A stretch of DNA of 64,000 nucleotides from positions 96,001-160,000 of the forward strand of contig OZ223497.1 in the NCBI GenBank assembly GCA_965140785.1, read 5' to 3'. The notes below the pieces were generated by a model, which saw only the letters and a program-made list of their open reading frames with translations, had not been told where the DNA came from and searched no databases. Both the position numbers and the translations under genes were made by a program. Every line of letters begins with the position of its first letter. Positions within the stretch are counted from its first letter, which is position 1. Positions 39,087 through 49,444 of the stretch are shown here, piece after piece. The DNA is from an uncultured Ruficoccus sp. (GTDB lineage Bacteria; Verrucomicrobiota; Verrucomicrobiia; Opitutales; Cerasicoccaceae).

Positions 39087-42000
39087 TCATTGGGTGTCTA
39101 TGACATCGAAATTGATCGGCTCCATTGGCTCCAGCCGAATCTCGTCGAGCGTCGGTTCCACGCGCGGGAAGATGTCTCGGACAGCAAGGGCTTGGCCCTT
39201 GGCGTCCACTAAGTGGAAGGCGACGGGGCTCTGTCCCAGGTTGATTGCGTAGCCGATTGTTCGACCGTTCACGTTGACGAAGCGGGCTTCTACATGGTTC
39301 GGTGCCGAGCCATTGGCGGTGCGCAGCGAGTAGGGCGCTTCGATGCCAGCCTGGAGCAGCGCGTCGGGAAGGGATTGGTTCAGACTGGCAAGGGTGCCAT
39401 CATCGATCCTGATGGCGGATTCCAGGGTGAGGGGCGGCAGGAGTTTATCCGCTTCGTCGCGTGCCAGGCTGTCGCTGCCGATCAGGATGAGGCGGACGCC
39501 GCGCTGTTCGAGTTGTGCGAGGGCATCCGGCAGTTGCGCTGAAACATGGATTGTTCGCGGAATGATCAGGGCCTGAAGATCGTTTGGAATGTTACCGGCG
39601 AGCAGGTCGCTTTCCGCAAGAAAACCGATGGACTGGTTTTGAAAGTACAGTGCCTGGTAGGCATTTTCGAGAACACGCTGGGAGCTGGTTCCGTCGTAAA
39701 TGCGCGCGGTCTGTGAGTAGAGGATGCGCGCGGGGCGGGGTGCTTCGTAAAAATGCCGGACCCGGTCCATCACGCTGTTGATGCGGATGCTTTCACGCCC
39801 GTATATACTCATGACCAGAGGCATAGTGTCCTGAGCATGCTTGAACCATTGCGCGCCTTCCCCGGCCTGCCAGAACCAGATCGATTTGTCCCGGCTGAGT
39901 GTCCACAGGTTGGCGGCGTTGAGTCCGTGCCAGGCGGCGAGCCAGAGGCTGGCACGCATATGCTCCGGGGTCGAGGGAGTGGCGTGATATTCGTTGTCTA
40001 GGATCGGCTGTTGCGGTGCGAGGCTTTTACACAGGTCAAAGGACATGGACTGGTTGCGCCACCCCAGGGCATAGGGGCCATCGGGTTCGTCCGAGACCTC
40101 GTTGTCGCCCCCGTGAGCGTCGGTCATCTGATTGATGAGAAAGCGGTCGTAGCCGTTGTCGATGCGGAATTTGGGCAACCAGCTGTGGCCGTTCATAACC
40201 TTGATGGAGGTGCGGATCTGATGGTCAGGGGCGGCGCTTTTTGCGATGTCGCCGGTCCGGGACCAGAAATCGAAGAAGCGCTGGTTGTTGAAAGTGAGCC
40301 AGTCATAGCGGCAGACAGGATGCGTGGGAAAAAGCGCGGGAAAGTTTTCGGTAGCGGCGAAGTCCGGATAATCGGTTCCCCAGGCGGCGTTGAGTGCGGC
40401 GATATTGTGGTAGCGTTTCTTCATCGCTTCGAGGAAGTTCTGCCGGGTGCGTGCGCTGATGGTTTCGATGGTGGGCTCGTTGGAGAGGTCCCAGACAACG
40501 ATATCGTCTATCAGCTTCGGGTATTTTCGCGCGAACATCTCGAAATAACAGGCGGTGGCCTTGGCCATGAACTCACGGACTTTTGGATGGTCCGGGTCGT
40601 AGTCCAGGAAATGGTTTCCCTTGAGCTTGGCATCGGGAAAGCTCTGCCCGAACCAAAGGGGGAGCTGGTTGTTGAGGACGAGGATGGAGGTGGCGATATT
40701 GTGCGCAGAGTTATTTCGCAGGGCATTCACGTCGAGGATAAGATCGACGGACGGGTCGATCGTGAGTTCGGGATCGCCGGGGACGAAATATCGGGTCGTT
40801 ACGCCGGAGATCACCTCGTAGTTGATGCCGAGGTTGTTCTTGGTCTCGCCGGTAAAATACTGGATTTTGCTTGAATAGACCTGGCCGGACAGGAAGACCG
40901 CTGAGCCGTTGGACGTGAGCGTTCCCTGATCGTAAACGATGTCAGTCACAGGTTTAACAGGAAGCAGGTGGTAGTTCCCGCTGCGGATTTCACTGAGGGC
41001 CTCGTCGAGCACGCGATCGACATCCTGGAGTTCGCGCAGGGCTAGGGTGAAGCGTTTTTCAGCCTGATCCTCCTTGATGTAGCGGTTGATAAACAGGTCC
41101 GAGACCTGCCAGGAAACGACCAGTTCCAGTGGTCGCTCAGGCCCTTCGCCTAAGGTGTCGATTGCTTTTTTTAACTGGGTCAGTTTGGTCCGGACCTGCT
41201 CGGTGAGCGGGTCGATTCGGGCCATTAGCGAAGCTGCGGAGTAGTGGTTGATCGTGACGATTTTTTCGCTGACTGTGCCGTCGATCAATTCGACGCGAGC
41301 AGCTAGCAGGTTGCCGCCATCCTGAAAATGATAAGCCGGGATGGTGAAGGCCAGTTCGGTTTCGCCGGGAGTGAAGGTGATTTCGCGCTTGTCGATCACT
41401 TGGCCGTTTAGGGTCACCGAAATACTCGCCTCGGTTTCCAGATAGCCCGTGCCGAAAATGGCGAACTGGTAGTCCTCGTGGCCGTAGAGGTCAGCGTCCG
41501 ATCCGACCACGCCCGCCGCGAAACCGGTGTCCTCCTTGTCCAAAAAAAGTATTCCGAAATCGGCCGGGTTTTTTCGGTCACCAATGCCGGGCGTCCACTG
41601 GATGAACGAGCGTTTCTCTCCGTCGCTGTCATTGACAAGCAGGTTGAACCCGAAGGCGTTCAAGTCCTCGTAGGCGACGGAGGTGATAGCTCTCCAGGGG
41701 ATTGCCAGCTCGTAGGTCGTGATTTGCGTCTCCGGGTCATGGCGCACCTCATACGAGGTGTCCCCGATGGGTGTCGGGTGGTCGGGCGGTTGGAAAAACG
41801 GATAGAGCAGTACGCCCTTCGGAGTGGCGGCTAGGCCGAACTCATAATCGTCGTGCGGGTTGAGCTGGTTCACGGAGCGGTCCCATTGCGTGTCGAAGGC
41901 GACTTGAAGGCTGTCAGCCTTCCAGAGGTTTTCGTCGTGGTAAGGTTGATACGGGGCCGGGTCAGTGACCTTTGTTTCGCAGTAAAAAGCCTCATCGTCG

Positions 42001-42710
42001 AAGGAGAGTCGAGCGACGGCCTCAAGTGGAGGGCTCCCTATTCTTATCAGGCCGTCCGGGGCGAACACGCTGTCCCGGCGGGGGACTAGCAGCGTCCGGG
42101 CAAAGGTGTTCGAATGGTGCTGGGTAACCGTAATCGGGGCTGCGCGCACGACGATGTCTTTGAGACTGACGATGCCGTCTGCATGGCCAAAAACAAACAC
42201 CAGGGTATAGTAATGAACATCCGGGGGGACGGTGATATTAACCTGCTGGTGTGTCCACTGTTGGGACTCAAAGTAGGTGCGGTAACTCGCCGGTTCTATC
42301 CGTTCCGAATACCGGGTCACTCCAGGTTGCTCGGAGAACCAGCCAGAGGTATTGAAGTGCGCAGCTTCGCCGTCAATGGGGCTGAGCGAGTTGATCTTCA
42401 CCTGGTAGCTTACTTCGAGTTTCTGTCCCTGCAGGTTCTCGACGGGAAGGTCAGCGATTCTGATCCCGGCCCATGGGGTAGATTTCTCATGTTTGTCCAG
42501 GGTGATCACCAGTGGCTCGTCATCGCCAAAACTGAGCCGCGTGCCTTTTCCGTAGGTCTGGATTGCCCGGACATCGGCGGTCAGGTCAAAGAGGGGCGCT
42601 GGGGTTGCCAGGGCGGCCAGAGAGATGATGCGAAAAAAGACTAGGGCGAGGGCAATTCGAAGGATTGTTTTGCATACGGGGGCAGGGGGGGCTTCGGCGG
42701 GATTATGCAC
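39087..42710 (-). CDS. Secreted multidomain GH42-like glycosidase (CBM-like, CBM9, catalytic and trimerisation-like domains)
   Basis: Signal peptide; LWKADSLQVAFD, YELAIPW, GFNLLVNDSDG; WDLSNEP; IAALNAAWGT; DNEYH. Confidence 0.8.
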   Translation of the reverse strand: MHNPAEAPPAPVCKTILRIALALVFFRIISLAALATPAPLFDLTADVRAIQTYGKGTRLSFGDDEPLVITLDKHEKSTPWAGIRIADLPVENLQGQKLEVSYQVKINSLSPIDGEAAHFNTSGWFSEQPGVTRYSERIEPASYRTYFESQQWTHQQVNITVPPDVHYYTLVFVFGHADGIVSLKDIVVRAAPITVTQHHSNTFARTLLVPRRDSVFAPDGLIRIGSPPLEAVARLSFDDEAFYCETKVTDPAPYQPYHDENLWKADSLQVAFDTQWDRSVNQLNPHDDYEFGLAATPKGVLLYPFFQPPDHPTPIGDTSYEVRHDPETQITTYELAIPWRAITSVAYEDLNAFGFNLLVNDSDGEKRSFIQWTPGIGDRKNPADFGILFLDKEDTGFAAGVVGSDADLYGHEDYQFAIFGTGYLETEASISVTLNGQVIDKREITFTPGETELAFTIPAYHFQDGGNLLAARVELIDGTVSEKIVTINHYSAASLMARIDPLTEQVRTKLTQLKKAIDTLGEGPERPLELVVSWQVSDLFINRYIKEDQAEKRFTLALRELQDVDRVLDEALSEIRSGNYHLLPVKPVTDIVYDQGTLTSNGSAVFLSGQVYSSKIQYFTGETKNNLGINYEVISGVTTRYFVPGDPELTIDPSVDLILDVNALRNNSAHNIATSILVLNNQLPLWFGQSFPDAKLKGNHFLDYDPDHPKVREFMAKATACYFEMFARKYPKLIDDIVVWDLSNEPTIETISARTRQNFLEAMKKRYHNIAALNAAWGTDYPDFAATENFPALFPTHPVCRYDWLTFNNQRFFDFWSRTGDIAKSAAPDHQIRTSIKVMNGHSWLPKFRIDNGYDRFLINQMTDAHGGDNEVSDEPDGPYALGWRNQSMSFDLCKSLAPQQPILDNEYHATPSTPEHMRASLWLAAWHGLNAANLWTLSRDKSIWFWQAGEGAQWFKHAQDTMPLVMSIYGRESIRINSVMDRVRHFYEAPRPARILYSQTARIYDGTSSQRVLENAYQALYFQNQSIGFLAESDLLAGNIPNDLQALIIPRTIHVSAQLPDALAQLEQRGVRLILIGSDSLARDEADKLLPPLTLESAIRIDDGTLASLNQSLPDALLQAGIEAPYSLRTANGSAPNHVEARFVNVNGRTIGYAINLGQSPVAFHLVDAKGQALAVRDIFPRVEPTLDEIRLEPMEPINFDVIDTQ

Positions 42711-42749
42711 TTAAGGGATTGCTGGAATGAGTGATGCCGCGTAAACATG

Positions 42750-42762
42750 CTACACATGTAAC
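42750..42762. promoter_or_regulatory. Operator-like palindrome upstream of the GH42-like gene
   Basis: CTACACATGTAAC. Confidence 0.55.
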
Positions 42763-43080
42763 ATGAGTGTCAATCCCATTCTCGGACTTTTGCTTTTGAC
42801 GTGAATGCAGGGGAGGCGAGTAACTTTGATTTTTTGTTCGTCGATTTAGGGAGATCACGCTTGGCTCACGCATCTATGTCCGCCTCTAGCGAGGATTTAT
42901 GCTCGATAATAATCGTTTATTGGTCGTTGATTGAATACGTCGTCCGTGTGTTTTGCTAGGGGTTGAAAATCCAAAAATCGCTTTACCCTGCTGAGATTCG
43001 TGAGTGGAAAAGCAAGGCTTTTGTTTATTAGCATGTAGCATAATCGGGTTTTGAATGCGGCATGGATTTCTTGAAATGGA

Positions 43081-43090
43081 ACACGTGTAA
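43081..43090. promoter_or_regulatory. Operator-like palindrome upstream of the pilin-like gene
   Basis: ACACGTGTAA. Confidence 0.55.
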
Positions 43091-43137
43091 TAATTCGGGT
43101 TGACTTCTCCTTGTGAGTCATCCAAACTTTGACCTGT

Positions 43138-43848
43138 ATGATACCCCAACGCAAACGTCAGGCGTTTACGCTGATAGAGCTTCTCACAGCTGTTGCGGTG
43201 ATTGCCATCCTGGCCTCCGTACTTTTTTCTGCGATCATGAGCGCGCTTAAGCGAAGTCGAGAGACGCAATGCGCGTCCCGGTTGAGCAACATCGGTCAGG
43301 GCGTCATGCTGTACGCGCAGGATCACAACATGTATTTGCCCGGCCCTCTCAGCAGTGTGGCTTTCGGCGGATGGTACTCCACGCCGCGCGAGAAAGACTA
43401 CACCTACGGAAATTTGCTGGGGAGCTTTGTCGCTCCTTATATGGAAATGAATCTGCCGCCGGAGGAGGAAGGGTTCCAGTCCCGTTTTTCCGAAAACTTC
43501 GTCTGCCCGACCTGGCTGGATGAGGTCGGTGAGGCGGCGAGCGATCCATCGAATTGGATGAACACCTGTTACGTGGTACAAAAGCGGATTATCGTGGACG
43601 GTCAGCGGGTCGGGATCCTAAAGCCGTGGGGCAACCCGGTGGGAACACCTTGGGATGAGAGTTCGCCGTTGAAACTGTCGAACTTGCAGGATACCGCCAA
43701 CTACTGGATGATCACGGAGCTGGACACGGCCGGGAATCTCGGTGCGACCGCTTCGGTGGCCCAGCCGGTTCACGAGACTTTTCGCAACACGTTATTTTTT
43801 GACGGCCATGTAGAGGCTGTGCCTACGAGCCAGTCCATGTATCCCTGA
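43138..43848 (+). CDS. Prepilin-type N-terminal cleavage/methylation protein with an H-X9-DG motif
   Basis: A|FTLIELLTAVAVIAILAS; CASRLSNIG; HETFRNTLFFDGHV. Confidence 0.9.
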   Translation: MIPQRKRQAFTLIELLTAVAVIAILASVLFSAIMSALKRSRETQCASRLSNIGQGVMLYAQDHNMYLPGPLSSVAFGGWYSTPREKDYTYGNLLGSFVAPYMEMNLPPEEEGFQSRFSENFVCPTWLDEVGEAASDPSNWMNTCYVVQKRIIVDGQRVGILKPWGNPVGTPWDESSPLKLSNLQDTANYWMITELDTAGNLGATASVAQPVHETFRNTLFFDGHVEAVPTSQSMYP

Positions 43849-43854
43849 TCGCCC

Positions 43855-45054
43855 ATGATCCGCTTCGACTCATCTTCCGTACGAGCCAAGAGCCAGTGGC
43901 TGCCTCTGCTGTGTTATGTATCCGATTTGCACCGGCGCAGCACACGCCCGCCCGAGTGGCGTTTACCCGGACCGTGGGAAGAAATCGGGCCGGGCTATCG
44001 CCCCATCGGCTTCGGGCACTGGGATATTGTGCACGCAGCCTTGGATGCGTTGGTAGAAGCCCCCGGCCACGCCAGGCAACAGATTCGTAATCTGCTGGCC
44101 CTTCAGCTTGATGACGGTCTGATCCCCAGTCCGATCTATTTCCGCCCCGGGGAGGAGCCATGGGTGAACACGAAGCATAGTCATCCGGCACTGTGGACAA
44201 TTGCCGTGGATGACTGGGTGGCCCTGACCGGAGACGCTTCCTTTGTTGAAGAGTGCTTCGAGCCGCTGGTCCGCCTCATTGACTGGTTCGAGAACCATCG
44301 ACGCACAGCTAATGGCGGTTTCTTTTACGAGGACATTTGCTCGAACCACTGGGAGAGCGGTATTGATGAAGGCGTCCGTTTTGATGATCGTCTCGCGCGG
44401 CCGGCTGCCTGTGTGGACGCCACCGCTCACCTATACAACCTGTACCGCACGGCTACGGACTGGGCACGACTCACGGCTCGTGACCCTGCTCGGTGGCAGG
44501 AGGAGGCCGACCAGTTGCGTGCATTTATCCAGACGCGACTGTACGATTCGTCGCGAGGTTTTTTTTACGATGCCTGGCGGGTGAGCCAGAGCCGGGCGCC
44601 CGGCGCGTTCGAAGGTTTCTGGCCAGTGGTCGTTGGGGCGGCAACGCCTGAGCAGGCGGCCCGGGTGGTCGAGGAGCACTTGATGAACCCTCGGCGTTTT
44701 TTCACACCGCATCCGATCAGCACGTTGGCGCGAGAGGACCCCCGCTTTGAATTGCGCATGTGGCGTGGTCCGGTCTGGAACAGTATGACCTACTGGGCTG
44801 CTCGCGGGTGTTTACGCTATGGGCATCGTGAGTCGGCATGCCGGATTCTGGAGCACGCTCTGGATCAATCGGCGCGTGTTTTCGCGGAGACGGGCACGAT
44901 CTGGGAATTCTATCATCCCGATGGCGGTGATCCTCGTCAGCTCACGCGCAAACCCGGTACGGACCGGGCGATTCCCTGCCGCGACTATCTCGGGCATAAT
45001 CCGCTTATCGCCATGGCCGAGCTTTGGGAGCGCTGCGTGGCCGGAGCCGGATGA
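43855..45054 (+). CDS. (alpha/alpha)6 glycoside hydrolase, GH63/trehalase-like
   Basis: GHWD, WESGIDE, GFFYD, MWRGPVW, IWEFYHP. Confidence 0.85.
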   Translation: MIRFDSSSVRAKSQWLPLLCYVSDLHRRSTRPPEWRLPGPWEEIGPGYRPIGFGHWDIVHAALDALVEAPGHARQQIRNLLALQLDDGLIPSPIYFRPGEEPWVNTKHSHPALWTIAVDDWVALTGDASFVEECFEPLVRLIDWFENHRRTANGGFFYEDICSNHWESGIDEGVRFDDRLARPAACVDATAHLYNLYRTATDWARLTARDPARWQEEADQLRAFIQTRLYDSSRGFFYDAWRVSQSRAPGAFEGFWPVVVGAATPEQAARVVEEHLMNPRRFFTPHPISTLAREDPRFELRMWRGPVWNSMTYWAARGCLRYGHRESACRILEHALDQSARVFAETGTIWEFYHPDGGDPRQLTRKPGTDRAIPCRDYLGHNPLIAMAELWERCVAGAG

Positions 45055-45074
45055 GAAATGCCACCAGTCCGGGG

Positions 45075-46148
45075 TCAGTCTCGTGATCGTGGGGCTGGAC
45101 CCGAGGATTCGCGGCTAATGAATTGTGGCGTGATCCATTGGGTGCTGGTCGGCGCGGGGACGGCGGGGCTTGGCGTGGTCGCGGGGACGGCGGGGCTTGG
45201 CGTGGTCGCGGGGTGGATGCGTTGTTGCAGTAATTTCAGGGCGGTTTTGATCGTGGTGGCAACTTGCTGGTCGATGGTGGTCAGGCGCGGACGGATCTGT
45301 TCGCTCAGTTCCAGATTATCGAAGCCCACCACCGAGATATCTTCCGGGACAGAAAGACCGCGGTCACGCAGTTGGAACACGGCGCCGGCGCCAACCATGT
45401 CGTTCATAGCGACGAGTGCAGTGGGGCGAGGGCGCGCATCGAGCGCGAGGTCTGCGCAGATACGGCCCTCAAACATGCCACCGCCATTACGGATGCCTGT
45501 GGTTGTGGTAAAGATCATTGCGTCGCGCTCAATGTCCAAGCCACGTTTGGCTAGAGCAGTTTTGACATAATCGCGCCGCCAAGCAGACATTTCTAGAAAG
45601 CCGAAGTGACGGTGGCCGAGATCCCAGAGATGCGCGATGAGCATCTCGACTGCCAGGCCACGGTCGAGCTGGACATTGAGCACATTGACCGGTTGGGGTG
45701 CGTCCACGACGACGCAGGGCATGGGATGTTTTTCGAGCAGTTCGAGGGATTGTTCGGAGACCAAGTCGATAAAGAACATGCCATCGACCCGAAAGGAATG
45801 AAATTGCCCGATGATCTGCTTTTCCAGTTCCTGGCTGTGGTCGCTGAATTCGACCAGGACACGGTATCCCTCATTGCGCAGGAGCCGTTGAAACGTGGCC
45901 AATTTGCGGGCCATGATCAAGTTGTCGATATGAGTGATACAAATGCCGATCGTCCCCGTGTTGGCTCCCTTCAGCGCGCGGGCGAACAGGTTGGGGGAGA
46001 AGCCGACTTCCTTCATCGCCTGAAGAACACGCAGGCGGGTTTTCTCGTTCACCCCTTCGTGGTCGTTGAGCACGCGGGAAACCGTCGCCCTGGATAGCCC
46101 CAGGTGCTTCGCCAGCGATGAGGTCGAATGAATGGATGAAACAGTCAT
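45075..46148 (-). CDS. LacI-family regulator
   Basis: LAKHLGLSRATVSRVLN; VPEDISVVGFDN; PRLTTIDQ; ATG at 46148. Confidence 0.9.
   Translation of the reverse strand: MTVSSIHSTSSLAKHLGLSRATVSRVLNDHEGVNEKTRLRVLQAMKEVGFSPNLFARALKGANTGTIGICITHIDNLIMARKLATFQRLLRNEGYRVLVEFSDHSQELEKQIIGQFHSFRVDGMFFIDLVSEQSLELLEKHPMPCVVVDAPQPVNVLNVQLDRGLAVEMLIAHLWDLGHRHFGFLEMSAWRRDYVKTALAKRGLDIERDAMIFTTTTGIRNGGGMFEGRICADLALDARPRPTALVAMNDMVGAGAVFQLRDRGLSVPEDISVVGFDNLELSEQIRPRLTTIDQQVATTIKTALKLLQQRIHPATTPSPAVPATTPSPAVPAPTSTQWITPQFISRESSGPAPRSRD
45154..45213. repeat. 27-bp in-frame tandem repeat (2.2 copies)
   Basis: GCGGGGACGGCGGGGCTTGGCGTGGTC x2, encoding PATTPSPAV x2. Confidence 0.9.
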
Positions 46149-46368
46149 ATCGTTGCGTGGTGGTATGGTTTGCCTTCTAAAAGTCTCGTTGGGGGCGCGC
46201 AATGACGATTTGTCATACCGCATCCGATTATTACAGCCATTCGCTGTGCCAAGCAAGAAACGTAGCGGCCCCGCCAAGTATCCATAACGTGCGCATTAAT
46301 ACCCCGCTGTGAAAAATTGAGCAACAGGTGGTATCGGGAGGGCATAGAAAGATTTGTATAAAAAATTT

Positions 46369-46448
46369 CTACATGTGTCGAAGCTATATATTTGATATTT
46401 ATATTGACCTGTAAAAGGTGCAATGTAAATAAAAGCTACACGTGTGAC
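46369..46448. promoter_or_regulatory. Two operator-like palindromes between the divergent LacI and SSS genes
   Basis: CTACATGTGTCG (46369-46380); CTACACGTGTGAC (46436-46448). Confidence 0.6.
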
Positions 46449-46534
46449 AAATTTGGATTTCCATCTCTAGGGATGGATTGAGCGTGTGACACGAGGCAAA
46501 TGCCTGACTTTTAACTACCCGACCATTTTCCCTG

Positions 46535-48835
46535 ATGCATTGGATTGATTGGCTCATTACGATCTTACCGGTTTCGCTGGTTATATTTCTCGCCGTTTAC
46601 AGCAAGCGTTACGTCCGTGGTGTCGTGGATTTCTTGGCCGCCGGCCGCGTGGCCGGGCGCTATGTGCTGTCGGTGGGCGACCTGTCATCGAGCCTGAGTG
46701 TGATTACGCTGGTGGCCTTGGTGGAGTCCAAATATCAGGTCGGGTACGCGCTGACGTTCTGGGAATATCTTACGGTTCCGGTCAGCCTCATCATGGGCTT
46801 GACCGGTTTTTGCGTTTACCGTTTCCGCGAAACGCGGTCGCTCTCGATCGGGCAGTTTCTGGAAATGCGCTACAGCAAATCGCTGCGCATTGTCGCGGCC
46901 TCATTGCGCACGCTGTCCGAGATGGTCTCCAATGCGATCGGACCGGCAGTGGCGGCCAATTTCTTCATATACTTTCTGGGAATGTCTCACAAAGTAGAGA
47001 TATTTGGGGTGGTCTTGCCGACCTTCGGCCTGATTGTGGCCTTGTCGCTCTGCCTGTGTATGGTCGTTATTTGGTCGGGAGGCCGCATTTCCCTGCTCAT
47101 TTCGGACGCCTTTCAGGGCCTGATGAGCTACCCGATTTTTGTGATCATCGCCGGATACATCTTACTCAACTACGGCTGGTCTGACACCATCGCGCCGGTT
47201 ATGATGGACCGGGTCGAGGGGGAAAGCTTCATCAATCCCTTCGACATCGAAAAACTGCGCGATTTCAACATTTTCGCCCTCCTGGTGACGATTATGGGGA
47301 ACATCCTCAACAAGGCCAGTTGGATCGGCAATGACACCACCGGCAGTGGGCGCACGCCGCACGAACAGAAAATGGCAGGCATTCTGGGGGGGTGGCGTTC
47401 GCTCTATTCGAGTCTGATGCTTCTGCTGATTGCCATCATGGTCATCGCATTTATGACGCACCCGAAGTTCGCTCGAGACAGTCACGATATCCGTCTTGAA
47501 CTGTCGCAGGAGGTGGCAGAGGAGGCCATCAACGATTCGGCTCTGAGGGGGCAACTTGCGGCGGGGATGGACGCAATCCCGGTTGCCGAGCATCAAATAG
47601 GTGTAGATGCCCCCTTGTCTCGCGACAGCAATATCGACACCCCCTACATGGAGACTGCCAGGAAAACGCTGGGCGGTACGCCCGAAGGAAACCTTCAGTT
47701 TCAGAAATTCCGCACTCTCTATCATCAAATGATGCTGCCAGTGACACTGCGGAATATTCTGCCGGTGGGGATGATGGGGTTGTTCTGCCTGCTGATGATT
47801 ATGCTGCTGATCTCGACCGACGACTCGCGCATCTTCAACGCCTCCTCGACGATCGTGCAGGATATCATTCTGCCATTCAGGAAAAAACCGTTTACCCCCC
47901 GGCGGCATATTCTGGTTCTGCGTTTATCTTCGCTGGGGGTTTGCCTGTTTTTCTTTGTCGTCTCGATATTCTTTGTGCAAATCGACTACATCATCATGTT
48001 CACGGTCATTATGACCTCGCTGTGGCTGGGCGGCGCGGGTCCGATCATGGTGTTTGGTCTCTACAGCCGCTTTGGCAATACCGTAGGCGCTTTCGGCTCG
48101 CTGATTTTCGGGTCCGGTTTCGCCATATTGGGGCTTTTCTTTCAGCGCAAATGGGCGGAAATGATCTATCCTTGGTTGGTCTCCCATGGTTGGGAGTTGC
48201 CGGTCGGGAATTTTCTGGAAAGCGTTTCGCGTCCGTTCAACCCTTATATCGTCTGGAAAATGGACGCGGTGAAATTTCCCATCAACTCATATGAGCTGTA
48301 TTTCATGGCCATGGTGAGCGGGATTTTTGCCTATGTGATTGGTTCGGCTTTGACGCAACGCAAGCCCTTCAACCTCGACCGACTCCTGCACCGTGGCAAA
48401 TACGACATCGCCCACGAATACAAGGAGCCCTTCCGGTGGAGCGTCCGTAACGCTTTTAGGAAAATCATCGGCATTACCCCGGAGTACACCTTGGGCGACC
48501 GCATCATTGCGTGGTCGGTCTTTAGTTACGCGATGATCTACAAGTTCGGGTTCTGCTTCATCGGCGTACTGATCTGGAACGTGATTTCGCCTTGGCCGTT
48601 GCAGTGGTGGAGCACATACTTCTTTATCACGAGCTTGTGCGTCACGGCTGTCCTTGGAATCGTTTCCACCTTCTGGTTCCTGATTGGAGGCATCATCGAT
48701 ATTCGCAGGCTCTTTATAGACCTTGCCGCCCGCATCGACAATCCGCTCGACAACGGTATGGTGGAGGATCACGTCTCCCTCGCCGATAGGGCAGCTTTCA
48801 GGGCGAGGGAGGACCCCACTGAGGATCAAGAGTAA
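46535..48835 (+). CDS. Sodium:solute symporter, paralog of 29481-31784
   Basis: Colinear, with long identical blocks (GVVDFLAAGRVAGRYVLSVGD, RTPHEQKMAG). Confidence 0.9.
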   Translation: MHWIDWLITILPVSLVIFLAVYSKRYVRGVVDFLAAGRVAGRYVLSVGDLSSSLSVITLVALVESKYQVGYALTFWEYLTVPVSLIMGLTGFCVYRFRETRSLSIGQFLEMRYSKSLRIVAASLRTLSEMVSNAIGPAVAANFFIYFLGMSHKVEIFGVVLPTFGLIVALSLCLCMVVIWSGGRISLLISDAFQGLMSYPIFVIIAGYILLNYGWSDTIAPVMMDRVEGESFINPFDIEKLRDFNIFALLVTIMGNILNKASWIGNDTTGSGRTPHEQKMAGILGGWRSLYSSLMLLLIAIMVIAFMTHPKFARDSHDIRLELSQEVAEEAINDSALRGQLAAGMDAIPVAEHQIGVDAPLSRDSNIDTPYMETARKTLGGTPEGNLQFQKFRTLYHQMMLPVTLRNILPVGMMGLFCLLMIMLLISTDDSRIFNASSTIVQDIILPFRKKPFTPRRHILVLRLSSLGVCLFFFVVSIFFVQIDYIIMFTVIMTSLWLGGAGPIMVFGLYSRFGNTVGAFGSLIFGSGFAILGLFFQRKWAEMIYPWLVSHGWELPVGNFLESVSRPFNPYIVWKMDAVKFPINSYELYFMAMVSGIFAYVIGSALTQRKPFNLDRLLHRGKYDIAHEYKEPFRWSVRNAFRKIIGITPEYTLGDRIIAWSVFSYAMIYKFGFCFIGVLIWNVISPWPLQWWSTYFFITSLCVTAVLGIVSTFWFLIGGIIDIRRLFIDLAARIDNPLDNGMVEDHVSLADRAAFRAREDPTEDQE

Positions 48836-48844
48836 CGCCTTGGC

Positions 48845-49184
48845 TGGAGGTGTGGAGTATGCGATTTCAGGTTTTCTTGCCCCTTGGCAGCGACTTATGG
48901 TTTTTTGAAAAAGTCGTCTTGAACCCGTAAACTTTACTTTTGTTGAGCTTGATGGCCGGTGGGGGAAGCTGCGAAGTGCTGACCCATGAGCCGCCAGCAG
49001 CAAGTCATCGAATATTTGGTTGAGGAAAATCGTGTTCTTCGTGAGCAACTCGACATCCACGCCAAAGGTAAATGCGTCAATGCGACTGCGTGCTACTCAA
49101 TGACCTTAACTGGCAAATGAGTGAAGTTGCTGGGTGCTGGTAATAAGCGACTTATGAATGCGAGTCCGCGTCCCGCCACCTCCA
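48845..49184 (+). mobile_element. 340-bp non-autonomous deletion derivative (copy C) of the rve element
   Basis: TGGAGGTG...CACCTCCA terminal inverted repeat; 5' transposase remnant fused to the 3' tail. Confidence 0.75.
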
Positions 49185-49444
49185 CGGTGACGGGCAAGTT
49201 CACCTCTTTGGCTATGGGCGTTTTCGGTGGCGCGATCTTCACCCTTCTGAGTTGTGTAGAGCACTGACGGTATGAGCTGCGGATTTATCTACGGGTATAT
49301 TAGGCGGCAACTGACGCAACAGTTATCGTAGAGGGGGGGTTGCTGGCTCAATCTGGGAGAGCCTACTGTTGCAGGATAACCTCAAAAGGAAACGGCTACC
49401 ATTTCTGCTTTAAGCAATGATGGCGCTTCCTGCCGGTACGAACG

